Of a stretch of DNA of 64,000 bases, positions 12,832-25,880 are shown one piece after another. Each line of letters starts with the position of its first letter. Within the stretch, counting starts at the first letter, position 1. The stretch is from NCBI GenBank assembly GCA_028534125.1, contig CM052817.1, forward strand, positions 85,066,001-85,130,000, in the 5' to 3' direction. The notes under the pieces are model-generated. The model was given only the letters and a program-made list of their open reading frames with translations. It did no database searches and was not told where the DNA came from. This DNA comes from Lama glama (taxonomy: Eukaryota). The translations under genes were made by a program, and so were the position numbers.

Positions 12832-13331
12832 NNNNNNNNNNNNNNNNNNNNNNNNNNNNNNNNNNNNNNNNNNNNNNNNNNNNNNNNNNNNNNNNNNNNN
12901 NNNNNNNNNNNNNNNNNNNNNNNNNNNNNNNNNNNNNNNNNNNNNNNNNNNNNNNNNNNNNNNNNNNNNNNNNNNNNNNNNNNNNNNNNNNNNNNNNNNN
13001 NNNNNNNNNNNNNNNNNNNNNNNNNNNNNNNNNNNNNNNNNNNNNNNNNNNNNNNNNNNNNNNNNNNNNNNNNNNNNNNNNNNNNNNNNNNNNNNNNNNN
13101 NNNNNNNNNNNNNNNNNNNNNNNNNNNNNNNNNNNNNNNNNNNNNNNNNNNNNNNNNNNNNNNNNNNNNNNNNNNNNNNNNNNNNNNNNNNNNNNNNNNN
13201 NNNNNNNNNNNNNNNNNNNNNNNNNNNNNNNNNNNNNNNNNNNNNNNNNNNNNNNNNNNNNNNNNNNNNNNNNNNNNNNNNNNNNNNNNNNNNNNNNNNN
13301 NNNNNNNNNNNNNNNNNNNNNNNNNNNNNNN
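12832..13331. other. Assembly gap (exactly 500 N)
   Basis: Run of N; the round length suggests a fixed-size scaffolding spacer. Confidence 0.99.
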
Positions 13332-13674
13332 CTTTTTTTGTTGTTGCCTTTTTTTTAACATTTTTTATTGATTTATAATCATTTTACAATGTTGTGTCAA
13401 ATTCCAGTGTTCAGCACAATTTTTCAGTCATTCATGGACATATACACACTCATGGTCACATTTTTTTCTCTGTGAGTTATCATAACATTTTGTGTATATT
13501 TCCCTGTGCTATACAGTGTAATCTTGTTTACCTATTCTACAATTTTGAAATCCCAGTCTATCCCTTCCCACCCTCCACCCCCCTGGTAACCACAAGTCTG
13601 TATTCTCTGTCTGTGAGTCTATTTCTGTCCTGTATTTATGCTTTGTTTTTGTTTGTTTGTTTGTTTTTGTTTTT
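13332..13674 (-). mobile_element. Young camelid-type L1 3' UTR, 5'-truncated
   Basis: T-rich tail then TTTTAACATTTTTTATTGATTTATAATCATTTTACAATGTTGTGTCAAATTCCAGTGTTCAGCAC...CCCTTCCCACCCTCCACCCCCTGGTAACCACAAGTCTGTATTCTCTGTCTGTGAGTCT. Confidence 0.85.
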
Positions 13675-14965
13675 GTAGTTTATCTTCTCCTTCCTCACTT
13701 AGTCCCTCGGGTCCTTTCCCGTCTCACCATGGCTATTTTCTGACCTCTTCCAAAATTTGAGGATGGGGGCAGAAGAACTGATTAGAGAGCAGAAACATTC
13801 TGAACTGACTGATACTCCTATGATGATCTAATAATGGCCTTTTCTCCTCCATCCCTGAGGTTTTCTCAACTGCATTTCTCTGGACAGAGTAAAAGAATCT
13901 CTCTCCCACTTGGTCACTTACTTCTTTCTCACCCTTGCATACCCCTCAACCTCTTTTTTACCGTAGGTATTTTGTCCTCCAAAGAAGCCTTATCAAACAG
14001 GATCTAAGATGATCCCATGGCGGCTCTACAGTCTGGTCCATGGGAAACAGTCATACATTCTTTGCCCCAACATACTCTGCCTCCGCACGGTTGCTCCTCT
14101 TTATGTTCTGCTTCAAATAGGAAGTCAGCTCGCCTTTTGCCATATATATTTCCCGGGCAAAAGTCAGAAACCAGACTACTGCATCCCCAAACTGCAGGGC
14201 ACATTTAAAATTCTCCTGATGTCAAAGAATGAAGCACCACCCCCACCATTCCTCCCTCTTACAGGGAAGTGGAGGGTAGGACTCATGAACAGATCAGCAA
14301 CTCATTACAAGCAGAAATTATCTCTCCGATATTTAGATCATCAGTGTTGGTAAATGGTTTTATAGGTTACATGTCTTGTTTCCTACCATCTTCTCTGAAA
14401 TATGTGTATCCTGAACTGGAAACTTACTTGAAATCTGTTTCGATATCACAGTACTTTATTCGAAACATCCATAAGAAATGAAGAATTATAACACTTTTTG
14501 CAAACCTTGATATTTTCAGCATGGCATCTTTTAGTCTTTGCATGATAAGGAAATAAGATACAGTATTTGCAGTGGTTCTTCCTCTATTTATAACATGGTA
14601 CAGTGAGTCATCTGTTTAAAAGGATACTGAATGTTTTAGTTTGTAATGTCCTTAGTTATTTTTCCTTAACCAGTGTTAATCATAGTTACATAGATATTAT
14701 GAGACTATATTCTTTCGTATACATGACATATGCCATTGGCATTTAGCCTAAATCTGGATTAAAAGGGCAAAAATGTCTGAAGGAGAGATACTGGTCATTT
14801 AACTGGTAAGAGACATGTAAGATTCAAATGTTTTATCCAGTTTTGTTTGCATTTTTCCTGTTGTAATAAAGTTAACCATTTTGGCTTACTATAAAATGTA
14901 AGTGTATCTTAAGGACAGTTGTGTCAAATATTTTGAATAACATGATTACTGGGATATTAATGGAT

Positions 14966-15012
14966 GTGTGTATATATATGTATACATATATATGTACATA
15001 TACATATATATA
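14966..15012. repeat. Degenerate (TA/TG/CA)n microsatellite
   Basis: GTGTGTATATATATGTATACATATATATGTACATATACATATATATA. Confidence 0.85.
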
Positions 15013-17399
15013 AAGTGTAAATACATACATAAGATTCCTTCCTTAGAAATAGCACAGCAGAAGAGCCAAGAAGCTAAAAGGAAATAAACTAACAAATGAC
15101 AACCTAAAATAATAAAAAAGTAGGAGCTAAGGGAAGAAGAATGGGTTACAGGTAATATGAGAAGATACTTTTTAACTCACAAAAGTTTATTAGTATCCAC
15201 TATTTCCCTATAACAGAAACTAAAGTTAGTTTGCATATGGTTTGTTTACTTATTCTCCTTTTGTAGATAAACTGAAATTTTAAATAGTTGCATGAGTATA
15301 AATTAGAAATGGCTTAAAATTTTTTAAAATAACATTTTTCTGAGAATGAAAAACTGTACATTTTTATAGAACAGTGATTTTTTTTTTATTCCAGTGCATT
15401 CTGTTCAGTCTCTTAAGCACAGACTAGATGAAGTTTCACTTTTTAAATACCAGGTTTTTGTTTTTGTTTTTGTTTTTTTACAACAGCTGACAGTTTTCTG
15501 GAAATTTCTGCTTTCAAAAGAATTTCTTAGCAGTAAAAAAAAAATGTTTTTTAATTCAGATTCAGGGTCTGCATGGATCAGGCAAAAATGCCACAGTTTT
15601 AGAATTTACTACCTGCGTATAAAAGTGCTTTTATTCTGACTTTAATATAGAGGTTTAATATAGTTAAACACCGTCTGGTAGCATTAGGTCTGTGCTATCC
15701 CTACAGCGCTAAAGAGTCCTGCTTTGCCCAAGTCATGTTTATAGTGTGCTAAATGGTTTTGGGCGGGGTTTTTTTTTTTTTTTTCAAGGCTGTCCAACCC
15801 TAATGCCTGCTGTGCAGTTTGAGAAATAAAAATCTTTAATAAAATTGAGAAAATTGAGTTGAGGACTTGTTTAAATGGCTGTTTCACCTTATGTTGAAAA
15901 CTCAGACTTAACTTTTCAATGAGCACATTTCCTGAATTTCACCTTAGTCCTTGGGTGCATGTAACAGAACCCAGAGATGCAAATGGTACACTTGCTGGTT
16001 TATTTGAGGCATTTCCCTCAATTTATACTACATAGAATTATAATAATTCAACTTAATGAGTTTTGTATTGGCATTTGGATTAGTGTAACTAATAAATCCC
16101 AGTCCACTTACTTTCCAAAATCACTACTTAGCGGTCTTTCATTCACTGGCCTTATAGCATTTACAGATTCAGGGCCTTTTGAAATATAAGGAAAGGTAAA
16201 GGATTGTGATTCAAGTTCAACTATGAAATTTAGATCTACAGAATATTAATTTGGGAATAGTTTAATAATATCGTTCATTTTACAGGTAAGAAAATTGACG
16301 TGGTGCAGATAGAACCCACAGGTGATTGGTGTTAGGGTAACTGTGCGTGCGCATCATCTCAGCCGCCACTAATCCAGGGCTCTGCCAATAACAGTGAATC
16401 CAAGCATGAAGAGATAAGAGACAAATATGCTTCCCAATCTTCCATCATCTGAAATTTACTTAAAACAAGTGTAAACTAATAAGTTATACTGCCTTAGGCA
16501 TGCTACTTTCATTCTTATTCATAACACTTCACACATAGTAAATGCTTGATAAATATTTGTTGAAATGAATTAAATTTATTCAAGGATAAATATAGTGTAA
16601 CACATCTTTCCAAGGCTTCACTGCATTAATATCAATTCATGAATTTCACTACTCAGTAGCAGTATTTGCCCTTTACCTAAAATCTCTGTTAATTCTGAGA
16701 GAACTCAAAGCATGTGGTCTCCCATGAGCTCAAGAAAATGTCATCTTGTCATCTTGTGTTGTTTTGCTGTGAATCAAAGGACCCTATTTCTGTCTCTGCT
16801 CTCTGCACGCATCATTTGAATACTGCCCTGCAGAGCGGTGATAGTGGCCACCTTGCCCTACCAAGTGCCAAAGATGCTCTATGATCAGGGATGGAGGTGG
16901 GGAGAAGGGATCTCTTTGCATTTCTGTGACTATTCTCTTCCTGAAACTTGAAGCAGCACTGGAAGGTCACACCAGATAGTAAGTGGAAGAGCTAAGATTT
17001 AAAGTTAGTCTGGCTGAGTCTCTGAGCTACTCCCCTTAACTGTGTGGAGTGTGGCAATGATGTTCCCTCCTCTACATCTTCCTCCACGTTCTGGGGATTG
17101 TGCCCAAAACATGTCTTTCTTCCATCTTCAGCCAAAGAATATTTGCACATAAATTTCTTAAATGGGTTGTTTGTAGAGGAATAGATGAGAGAAGAGCTTC
17201 CTCTAGCTTCATTTTCTAGAAGTGTCCCAGCTGTGCTCCAATTTCTAAATCAACTCATTGCAATAAATAGCAAGATTTTTCATTCTGTGATAAATATTTT
17301 GTACTTTCCCTTTGTATTTTTATACTTACTTATTGATCTAAGTCTTGTTTTGAAAAGCTACACGGCACTATTCAATTGTTCATTATATAGGACTTTTCT

Positions 17400-17876
17400 T
17401 TTTCAGTGATGCTGCATTGTAAACAACTGTAAAAGGCCTGTGGTTTAAAACACTATTTCTTGCTCATGGGCTTCCAGGTCAGCTGTGGCCCTGCTGGGCT
17501 CTGCAGGGCTCTGCTGGCTCAGATGGGGTCAGCTGGGCTTGGATCCAGGCTGTACGTTGTGCTCAGGCATCCTCAATGTTTCTTCTCATTCCAGGACTAC
17601 TGGCTTTACTGGGTATTTTTCTCTCATCGCAGGTGACAAAGGTACCAGCAGCAAGAAACACCATTCAAGTATATTCAGTGCCTCTGCCTGCAACAAATTC
17701 ATTAGCATCCTACTAAGCAAACAAGTCACATGGCTTAGCCCAAAGTTAGCAAGGTAAGATGGATTATTTCCCCTCCTCTGCTGGGAGACCCTGCAGAGTT
17801 ATGATACAAAGGATGTGGATGTAATCCTATTACAGAGAAGGGGTGAAAAAATGGAACAACAATCTATTTTACTACA
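17400..17876 (-). mobile_element. MaLR LTR (MLT1H/I-like)
   Basis: GCTGCATTGTAAACAAC...GTGGTTTAAAACACTATTT...CAAGTCACATGGCTTAGCCCAAAG...GGGTGAAAAAATGGAACAACAATCTATTTTACTACA; explains ORF 17485..17757. Confidence 0.75.
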
Positions 17877-17905
17877 GTTGGAAATAATGACAATGTGGAT
17901 AGTGG

Positions 17906-17942
<37 letters not shown>
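17906..17942. repeat. (GAT)n trinucleotide microsatellite
   Basis: About 12 perfect units. Confidence 0.97.
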
Positions 17943-19279
17943 ATAAGCAAGTTTTCTTCCCCCTAGTGTTTAACATTAAGCTATATTCACCCTGAGGGGT
18001 TTTTTTTTTTTAACCCTGAGGTTTTTATCCTTAATGTTAATGGCCTAATAAGTTGGCCTTATAGGAAGCTTTTATTTTTCTTCTAATGAACAATTAAAGA
18101 CCATTTTGGGGGGAAAAAAAAGTTTCTCCCAAGCAAAGAGAGAAGTGCATAGGAGCAGATTTTAAAGAGGACCCAGGGCTTTCAGATGTGCTTTAAAGGT
18201 ACGACTTTCAAAAGAACATCTGGCCTAGCTCCCAGGGGCTTATGCTTGAGTATTAGGGGAAGAGGACTGTGATCTCAAATGTGTTAATTTAGAAGCTCCT
18301 TTAGAAATATAGAGGCTTTGTACTTTGTTGCTTAGATAACAAAGGGTATGTCACACCTTGGATGAAGATTCCTTCTTCCCGCTTTGCAGGTACTCCCCAA
18401 ACCCAGCAGTCTGAGAATGAAGCAGAAACATTCGACTAGAAGCAGGAGAGGACACCCTGATTCAGCAAGCATGGCTGACAGTAGGAAATCCCCAGTTTTG
18501 ACGTGCAGTGACTTAATGAGACACATCGAGGGAGCAGGGAAATGGAAGACCCGATGGTAAGTGAGAGAGATCTAGTTCTAGTATGTACACAGACATTAGT
18601 TGAGAAGAAAATACAGGGGAGAAATTTTACTGCTGCTGCAGGCTGTTTTCATCCAAGCTAGTGCGTCTGGAGGAATTACAGCATCTGTTGTTTTTACTGT
18701 TATTGAGTATGATTATTATTCATATATTAAGTGTTTTTCCTCCAATGATGTGACAGAATAGCACACTCTGACAATTCTCTTATTCATGAAAGGAATATGT
18801 TTACCAGCTCATTTCCCTTTGCTTGGGCTAAGATAAAGAAAACAAAATTGGATCTATCTTAAGGAAACAAGGATGAATGATAGCTTATCAGATCAATAAA
18901 AAATTGTCACCATTTGGTTAAGAATATGCCCAATGGACAAAAATTTGCTTGGCACTTCTAAGTTTTTATGTTTCCATAATATGCTACATAAGTGCTAAAA
19001 TTTATTTATTGCTATCAAGTTAGAGGAAAATGAAAGTTATCTCATCAGTACTATAGAATTGTATTCCAATATGTTTCATCACCCGAGGGACACTCCTCAG
19101 GCTGTGAAATTCTCAATAAAATTGTAAACCTCATTGAATTGTCTCGCACTGAGTTGAATATCAATAAAACTACAATTTCATTGGCAAGTGCTAGCCAGCA
19201 AAAATGGGAATCACATTGATTTACATTATCATAGTTTAATATCCTTTAGCAGACCTTGTCCCCTAAGTTCACTCCTCAA

Positions 19280-20100
19280 ATAACTTTCTTCTATCTTTAA
19301 ACTTACCCTTTCTATGGGACTTTCCTTCTCAGGAATCTCATCTATTTCCATGCTTTAAGCATCAATGAATCCTGAAATTGTATCTCCAGACCTGCATTTC
19401 AGCCTCTTTGGCAATCTGCCTTGGATATCCTACAAGGAACCAAAACTTGGCAGGTTAAAGGACAAATCCATTCATTTCCTTTCCTCAGTATTTCCCCAAA
19501 TGTGCTATTCCTCTTGACTTTTTCATTTCTGTAAATAGATCTGGTGTATTAAACTTGGAGCTATTATCCCATTTTCTTTATATTTAATCAATGCAAATTC
19601 TATGTCTACAATGCATCAATATTTTATTCCCACATTTCCATTTTTAGTCCATTTCCTCTACTGCAGAGCCTCCTAATTCTTAAATTCTTTGAAAAATCCT
19701 TCTAAATGTAACACTGAAGTTCACTTTTCTTACTTTCTTAATTCATCTATAATGCCCCACTGCTAATCAGTCTCTCTAAGGTGCAGCCCCTCTGCTACTC
19801 CAAACCTTATCTTTGGGGTTCATTTCAAATACAATTAACTCCATTATGAGTTTTTCCAGTGTCATAACCATATATAGTCTTTTGGTCATAGGAATTTCCT
19901 TGTAAATTTTACCCTTCAAAAATTGTCACCCATGATTAATTCTTTTTGAAATGTGATCTGTTTTGTGTTTGTTCCTCCATTTTCTCCCACCAGACACAAA
20001 ACTGAGTGTCTTCTGATGCTGAGGATGGTGAGTTATTCACCTTTCTATCCTAGGCTGTAATTTGCACATAAAGGATGAACAGTAAAGGCTGCTAAATTTA
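19280..20100 (+). mobile_element. L2 LINE fragment to 3' end
   Basis: TATCTCCAGACCTG...CTTGGATATCCTACAAGGAACCAAAACTTGGCAGGTTAAA... and tail GGATGGTGAGTTATTCACCTTTCTATCC...GCACATAAAGGATGAACAGTAAA. Confidence 0.55.
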
Positions 20101-22589
20101 ATCAGCAGCTTAATGCAGGCTCTTTGAATACACAATTTATTTTCTAGCAAAAATAAGTATCATATTTTTCTTCCAGTGGTTACACAATTGAAGAATTACC
20201 TAGAGCCACATCAATACCTGAGAACACAAATGCTCACAAATAACTATTGATATTCTTTTGCTTTGATTTATTGGAAAACATTTTTTTGTTAGCCTGAACC
20301 AAGGAAAACTTTAAAGTCCTCTGTTAAAGTAAAGGGCTTGTTTAAAATATTGGACCAGAGCTGGAAATACTGGACTAGAAATTCCTGCCATTAATAGACT
20401 TGGTATAAGTGCCTTACAATGAGATGCCATGTATCTTTCAACTGAATTGATTTGGATGGTTGTTGATACTGAAAATAATATATTTTGGGTAAAATTAAAT
20501 GAGACATTCCAAGTTTGTCTTAAAATTCAGTAAAACCTTAATTTGCAGAAAGAAAAAATACAGAGTGATACATAATTTATATGGCTAATAATTCTTTAGC
20601 TAAGTATTACCCACATTTGCTGTTTTCTATTTCTCTTTATTATGCAGTTTAAACCAACTTGCACGGTTTTCCCCTGATCGCTAACCTTGAACATGTGCTA
20701 AATCTTGCAAGTATATCTGTTATGAAAATAAAAATAAGTACAGTTCATTTAAGATGATCTCCTATATTTTCTTGGCCATTTTTTGGATTGCATGATTCTG
20801 ATAGTACATGCTCTCCCTCAGCTTCTGTTTCAAAAAATTGACGTTAAATATACCCTGAAGCTCTGGTGCTAAAACAGACAATTCAGCAATTAAAGAGACA
20901 GAAAATGGAGATAGTATATTTACTTTAACACTGCTCCATTATTCTAAACACAGTAATGAAATATTTTAGCAAGAGTTTCCAGATGCAATATGAATTTAAT
21001 TTTCTTCTCAGAAAGGGGAACTTGTTTATAATTCACCAGAGAAGACTGGGCTTATAAGTTATTCAATTCTTCTTATTGTGATAAAATTGGGGCACAGAGT
21101 AATTTATTTTCTCTTTCCATGTAGTAGGTACACACAAAGCTAAATAATTGAAGTAAACATTAATTTGGGTGAGTTACATATTGTTACTTTGGGAACTATA
21201 GAGTCTTGGTGGTTTCAATAGTCTAAATCAGAATCTCTCTCTGTTTGCACCTTTTCACATGGTCATTTGTGAGTGGGCGGTGTGTGGACAGGGAGGCCGG
21301 GTAACAGGAAACAATGTCCACCAGCAGTGAGGCTAAACATACCACTTACATGTGAGACGTGCTTTTCAGGGAGTTGTGCTACATCTTTGCTTTACTGACT
21401 GCATAAGCCTAGTGCAGGGGGTTTGGAAGATACGGGTCACATCATCCTTAAAGGGCTGTTTTTGCCCAGTGTTGTCCTTTATTCATCACAAAATTGCAGC
21501 AGATATTTGGGAAACATTTCTATTTAGCCATTTCCATTGACACCAAGTTTAGGGTGAGTGGTATTGCTGAACATGTAGAGTTTAATTATGTTTTTAAAAA
21601 TACTGTTTTTCTTATTATGAAAGTAATGGATATAGAAACCAGGGAATTTTTACAAATATGTAGAAGGAAACAGTTCTCATCCCATTGATAACATTGCACT
21701 GTGTTTTATTCTTTTTATTCTGTATGTGCATTCATATATGTACATAACCATATACATATGCAGAGTCTTGCATTTCAATATATGTATGCATACATATGGT
21801 ATTCACACATACATGTGTATATGTATGTGTTTGAATCTTGCATTTTCATGTTACATTGTCATTGGAAAGTTTCCCATGGAGTTAATCATGAAAAAGCATT
21901 ATATTAATGGCTGCTTTACAGTCCAATGATAAATACACTCTAATTCATCTCTCCATTCTCCTATTAGGAATCATTGATCTTTCCTGTTTTTAATATCATA
22001 GATTCAGTTGTAATGAATTAACTTCTAAGGAAAGTTAGTTTTATGTAGACTATAGTGAACTAGCTTCTTTCAGTTTACCATATTCTACCTAGTTTACCAG
22101 TTTCACAGCAGACAGTCCTTGTTTTATTTAAACATACTGAATATTCTTTATGATATGTTACTTACAAATGAAATCACTTGCTTCTTTTAAAACCATAGAT
22201 TCTTTTATCTCATTTCTCTTTATTTGGCTGTGTTTTTCTGACTGTTTAATACTTTCTGTCTAAAACGTCTTCTTTCTAGGCTTCCATAACACTGTACTAT
22301 CTAGGATGGCACCCGACATCTATGGCCAAGTTTCGTTTTCTCTCCCTCACCCTTGGAGCAGCACCCGGGGTGCAGTAGTCAGTCTTCTCTCTGGCTTTTC
22401 TCGCTTGAGGAACTCATTCATTCTGAAGACTTCAATAACCAATGCCATGTGGCTTGAACCTATTTTTGTTCATACATATCTTACCTCTTATGACTGGGAA
22501 AGATTCTTGAATCATAGAATATGCCATATGATTTCCCCCTTATTCTGTACACTAAGTACTATGCTATTAGCACTACTACTACTACTGTT

Positions 22590-22790
22590 AATAGTATTCT
22601 CATTGGCCATTCACCATATAGGCCAAGTATTTTGCAAAGCACTTTTTAATATTCATCCAAATTAACCAGCACAAAATGTCTATGAGATGGATATTGTTAT
22701 TCTTATTTCACAAATAAATAATGTGAGTTTCCAGGGTGCTAAGTATTTTGCCAAGGTCTACATGACCCTAAAGATCAGATATAACCTATC
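22590..22790 (-). mobile_element. MIR SINE
   Basis: CATTGGCCATTCACCATATAGGCCAAGTATT...CTATGAGATGGATATTGTTATTCTTATTTCACAAAT...TAAGTATTTTGCCAAGGTC. Confidence 0.6.
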
Positions 22791-23544
22791 ACACTATTCA
22801 GCCTCATCATAAATTATAAGTCATTAATGCACACAGAGTGGTACCATCTTTACAAATAGCTTCATTGTCAGTCAGTTGTTTTTTTCTTAATAACTAATAC
22901 AAAATTCAAAATAGAGCTTAACCATGGAGTCAACAGTGGTCCTGAGAGAAAGCAATTCAGAATGTGAACCTAAAATGTGAGATGATAAATAGTTCCCTTG
23001 AAAAACTTGCATAGTTCCTTAATCCCTTACCTGACTGCATCCCTCTCCAGCTGGCAGAGCTTGCTTTTGTTATTCCATTCTGTTCTTTCCTGACCCCCTC
23101 AGCCAGTGGCGCCTGGATAGTGGATATGGGGTTGGGCATAAAGGATTTGTTGGTGAGTAAACAACACAGCCACAGCTCTGCAGGCATGTGGGCTATGAGG
23201 TCAGCATTGTTTGTAATATAAATCCATTCCTGGAAAAGGTTTCTGTCTTGGGCTATGCAGCTCCACATTCATCTCCTCTGTTTACTTCTATGGCTCCAGG
23301 ATGCCCCTCTCCTTTTTCCACTTCTGTTTGTTTGTTTGTTTGTTTTACCAAAATTTCTCTCCTAAAGAATATCCTCTCATGGTTATTCTCCTGATTGAGG
23401 GAGAAAATTATGGCTCCTTTGAAGTTTTTCTTCTAGGCAGGTTTCCTTTCCGATTAGAAACAAAGAAACAACACAATTTAATTTTTAAAAAGTTGTGTCC
23501 AAAATTCTCCTTTAGGAATGAGGAAGTCCTAAGTTACAGTTCCA

Positions 23545-23680
23545 CAGTAGTGCGGTCCCGTTCTTCAGAATGTGAGCTTTCACTGCAGACCTGGATTTTA
23601 GTCCCAGCTCTGTCACTTGGCCAAGTGGTTAACCTTTCAGAGGCATAATTCCTTCGTGTTTAAAATGGGAAAACTAAAAT
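23545..23680 (+). mobile_element. MIR SINE
   Basis: CAGACCTGGATTTTAGTCCCAGCTCTGTCACTTGGCCAAGTGGTTAACCTTTCAGAGGCATAATTCCTT...TAAAATGGG. Confidence 0.65.
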
Positions 23681-23807
23681 TCAGCTATCTTTTATAGCCG
23701 AATCTGCAATTAATGTCTTCTTTGTTTTGTAGCAATGAGCAAAAAAAAGGGAAAGGGGAAAAGAAGGGAGCCCAGACAGCAACTGAATGGAATCCTGTGC
23801 ACCTACT

Positions 23808-23826
23808 TGGCCAGCAGGAGGCGCTA
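23808..23826 (+). promoter_or_regulatory. Candidate CTCF binding site
   Basis: TGGCCAGCAGGAGGCGCTA, 17/19 identical to the canonical TGGCCACCAGGGGGCGCTA core; CpG retained. Confidence 0.6.
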
Positions 23827-24599
23827 TCAGGAACCTATGCAGGGTCAGGAAGTCCTAGTTAATGCTAATAAGTATATCCTGTTTGATTGATTTCTTGTTT
23901 ATTAGCCAAAGATAATTATTGCATTTTAAACTAAAAGTGTATTACAACTGTCATTAGCCTTGTCAAACTGCTAAATTTGAAAAACTCTAGTACAATTTTT
24001 ACTTCAAAAATCATGTTATTTCCTTGGTCCTTCCCCACATTCTTTCTCTTTATTGCTGCTTGCTGAACTGCATATTACCTTTTTAATTCTGCATCTTTGT
24101 TTCATAGCTACCCTCATTTGCATTCCTAAAATCAGATGTTCCTTTCATATAACACAGTATCCTAATTAAAATATTAAAAGATGCTTTTTGAATGAAGAGA
24201 ATTTACATTGCCATAAAAAATGATCAGAGTGATGCAGGATGTTTCCTTTTTATATTTCAATGACACTTTCTCTCTAAATTATTTCTAGTTATGGAGTTAA
24301 CCCTCTCAGCCTTCAAAGTGGATTAAAACTATGGAAGAGGAATAGGCAGCAAAAAGAGTTCAAGCAAAAAGAAAATGTTGACTTCATAGTAAAATTCTGA
24401 AGAAAAAATTTAATGTATTTATTTTCTAATTAACTCTCACCAAGGTGTCTTATTTTTTTGATTGATTGCTCCTTCAATTTGCGGGGTAGGGCTAATCACA
24501 TTTTGGGTTCACAACTCATTGTTTTTCTGTTTGTGGAAATCCAGTCCCTTGTTTCATTTGACTTTCTTTCCTTTCTTGATCTCCATTCTCATGCCACTC

Positions 24600-25090
24600 A
24601 CTTTTACTGAAATGTTTGAAACCCTTACAATTTTCTTTTAAATATATTTTGTAATTATATGTATTTTAAGTTAACTAAATGATGCCTTATTCTGTTTCCT
24701 ACTCTTTTGACTCAACACTATGATTTTGAGGTCTGGATGTTATTGCTGCATGTATCTGTCGTTTGTTGCTCTTCAGCAACATTCAGTCCACTGTTCTCAT
24801 CATTACTTTAGGAATAGACATCTGAGTTGTCCTCAACTTCCTTCACCCACCTGCAATACCATCATAAACATCCTAGCAGAACTATGTGTGAACTTGGAGT
24901 TCAAGCACCAGGTCACAGAATGTACATTTAATTTTTCTAAAATCTTCGATACATCTTTACAGAAAGGCTGCATCAGTTTAGTCGCTCTAGAATTTTTATT
25001 TCCCCCCGCTTGTTCAGAAGCATGTACTGTCATTCCCCTCTTCAATTTTTGTTTTTCTAATGGGAATAAGTGATTAACTCATTAATTTAC
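24600..25090 (-). mobile_element. Ancient L1 (L1ME-like) 3' region
   Basis: TTTGACTCAACACTATGATTTTGAG...ATAGACATCTGAGTTGTC...TTTTGTTTTTCTAATGGGAATAAGTGATTAACTCATT. Confidence 0.6.
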
Positions 25091-25121
25091 TTCTCGGTTC
25101 CAAGAACAGTTTCAGAGGAGA

Positions 25122-25670
25122 TGAAACTGAATCCCCCTAAATCCAAGTTTCCTTACCAAATTTATGATGAATCTCTCTACCCAAAACTTTATTCCCTTTC
25201 TTGTCTCCTCTGAACACAGTCCTGTGCTAACTGAACCCTAATCAACCAGGGTCAGATGCCTGAAATTGCTATTATGGATAATATTGTTAGTGTACTAAAA
25301 TTGCTATTACAGATATCATCATTAATGTACAAACTCAGGTTGTTTCTCCAGGGTCAGGTGAGCTAACACGGCCCTGGGCTGTGGACCACCTGGCCAGAGC
25401 ATCCTAAACCAGAAATATCCTGAATCCTGAAATTATGATTAAGAAATGTCACCAAAACTTCACAAGATAATGATTAACCCCAGCCTCTTTCTTCTTCCCC
25501 TTTAAAAACCCTTCAGCTCAGAGATCAGGTTGGAGTGGATCAGAGGCTTGTCTCCCACTTGCTTGCCTGGTACCTTGCAGTGAACAATGCTTTCCTTCGG
25601 TACAGCTCAGTCTCAGCAGATTGGCTTTGCTGCTGATTGGGCGTTCGGGTCCAAATTCGGTTCAGTAACA
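25122..25670 (+). mobile_element. ERV1-type solo LTR inserted in a MIR
   Basis: Starts TGAAACTGAA, ends TTCAGTAACA (imperfect terminal inverted repeat); 4-bp TSD GAGA (25118-25121, 25671-25674); TATA-like TTTAAAA at 25501. Confidence 0.8.
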
Positions 25671-25880
25671 GAGACTGCACAGTTGGAGTCGGTACCCTTC
25701 TACCCACAAACAGTGTAGCCTCAGACAAGTTTTAATCTCTCTGTCCTTCAGATCTTCACTGATGAAGGAGAAACAACACTAGCACCTAATTCATATTGGT
25801 GCTGTGAAAATTATATGAGCAAAAGTATACAAAAGAATTCAAAAGCATGTCTGATTCATTATAAGCCCATTTATATGTCA
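25671..25880 (+). mobile_element. MIR SINE (5' part left of the LTR at ~25095-25121)
   Basis: GACTGCACAGTTGGAGTC...CCTCAGACAAGTTTTAATCTCTCTGTCCTTCAG...GCACCTAATTCATATTGGTGCTGTGAAAATTATATGAG. Confidence 0.6.

Noticed and set aside
12819..13361. 180-aa ORF in the track
   Set aside because: Artefact of translating through the 500-N gap
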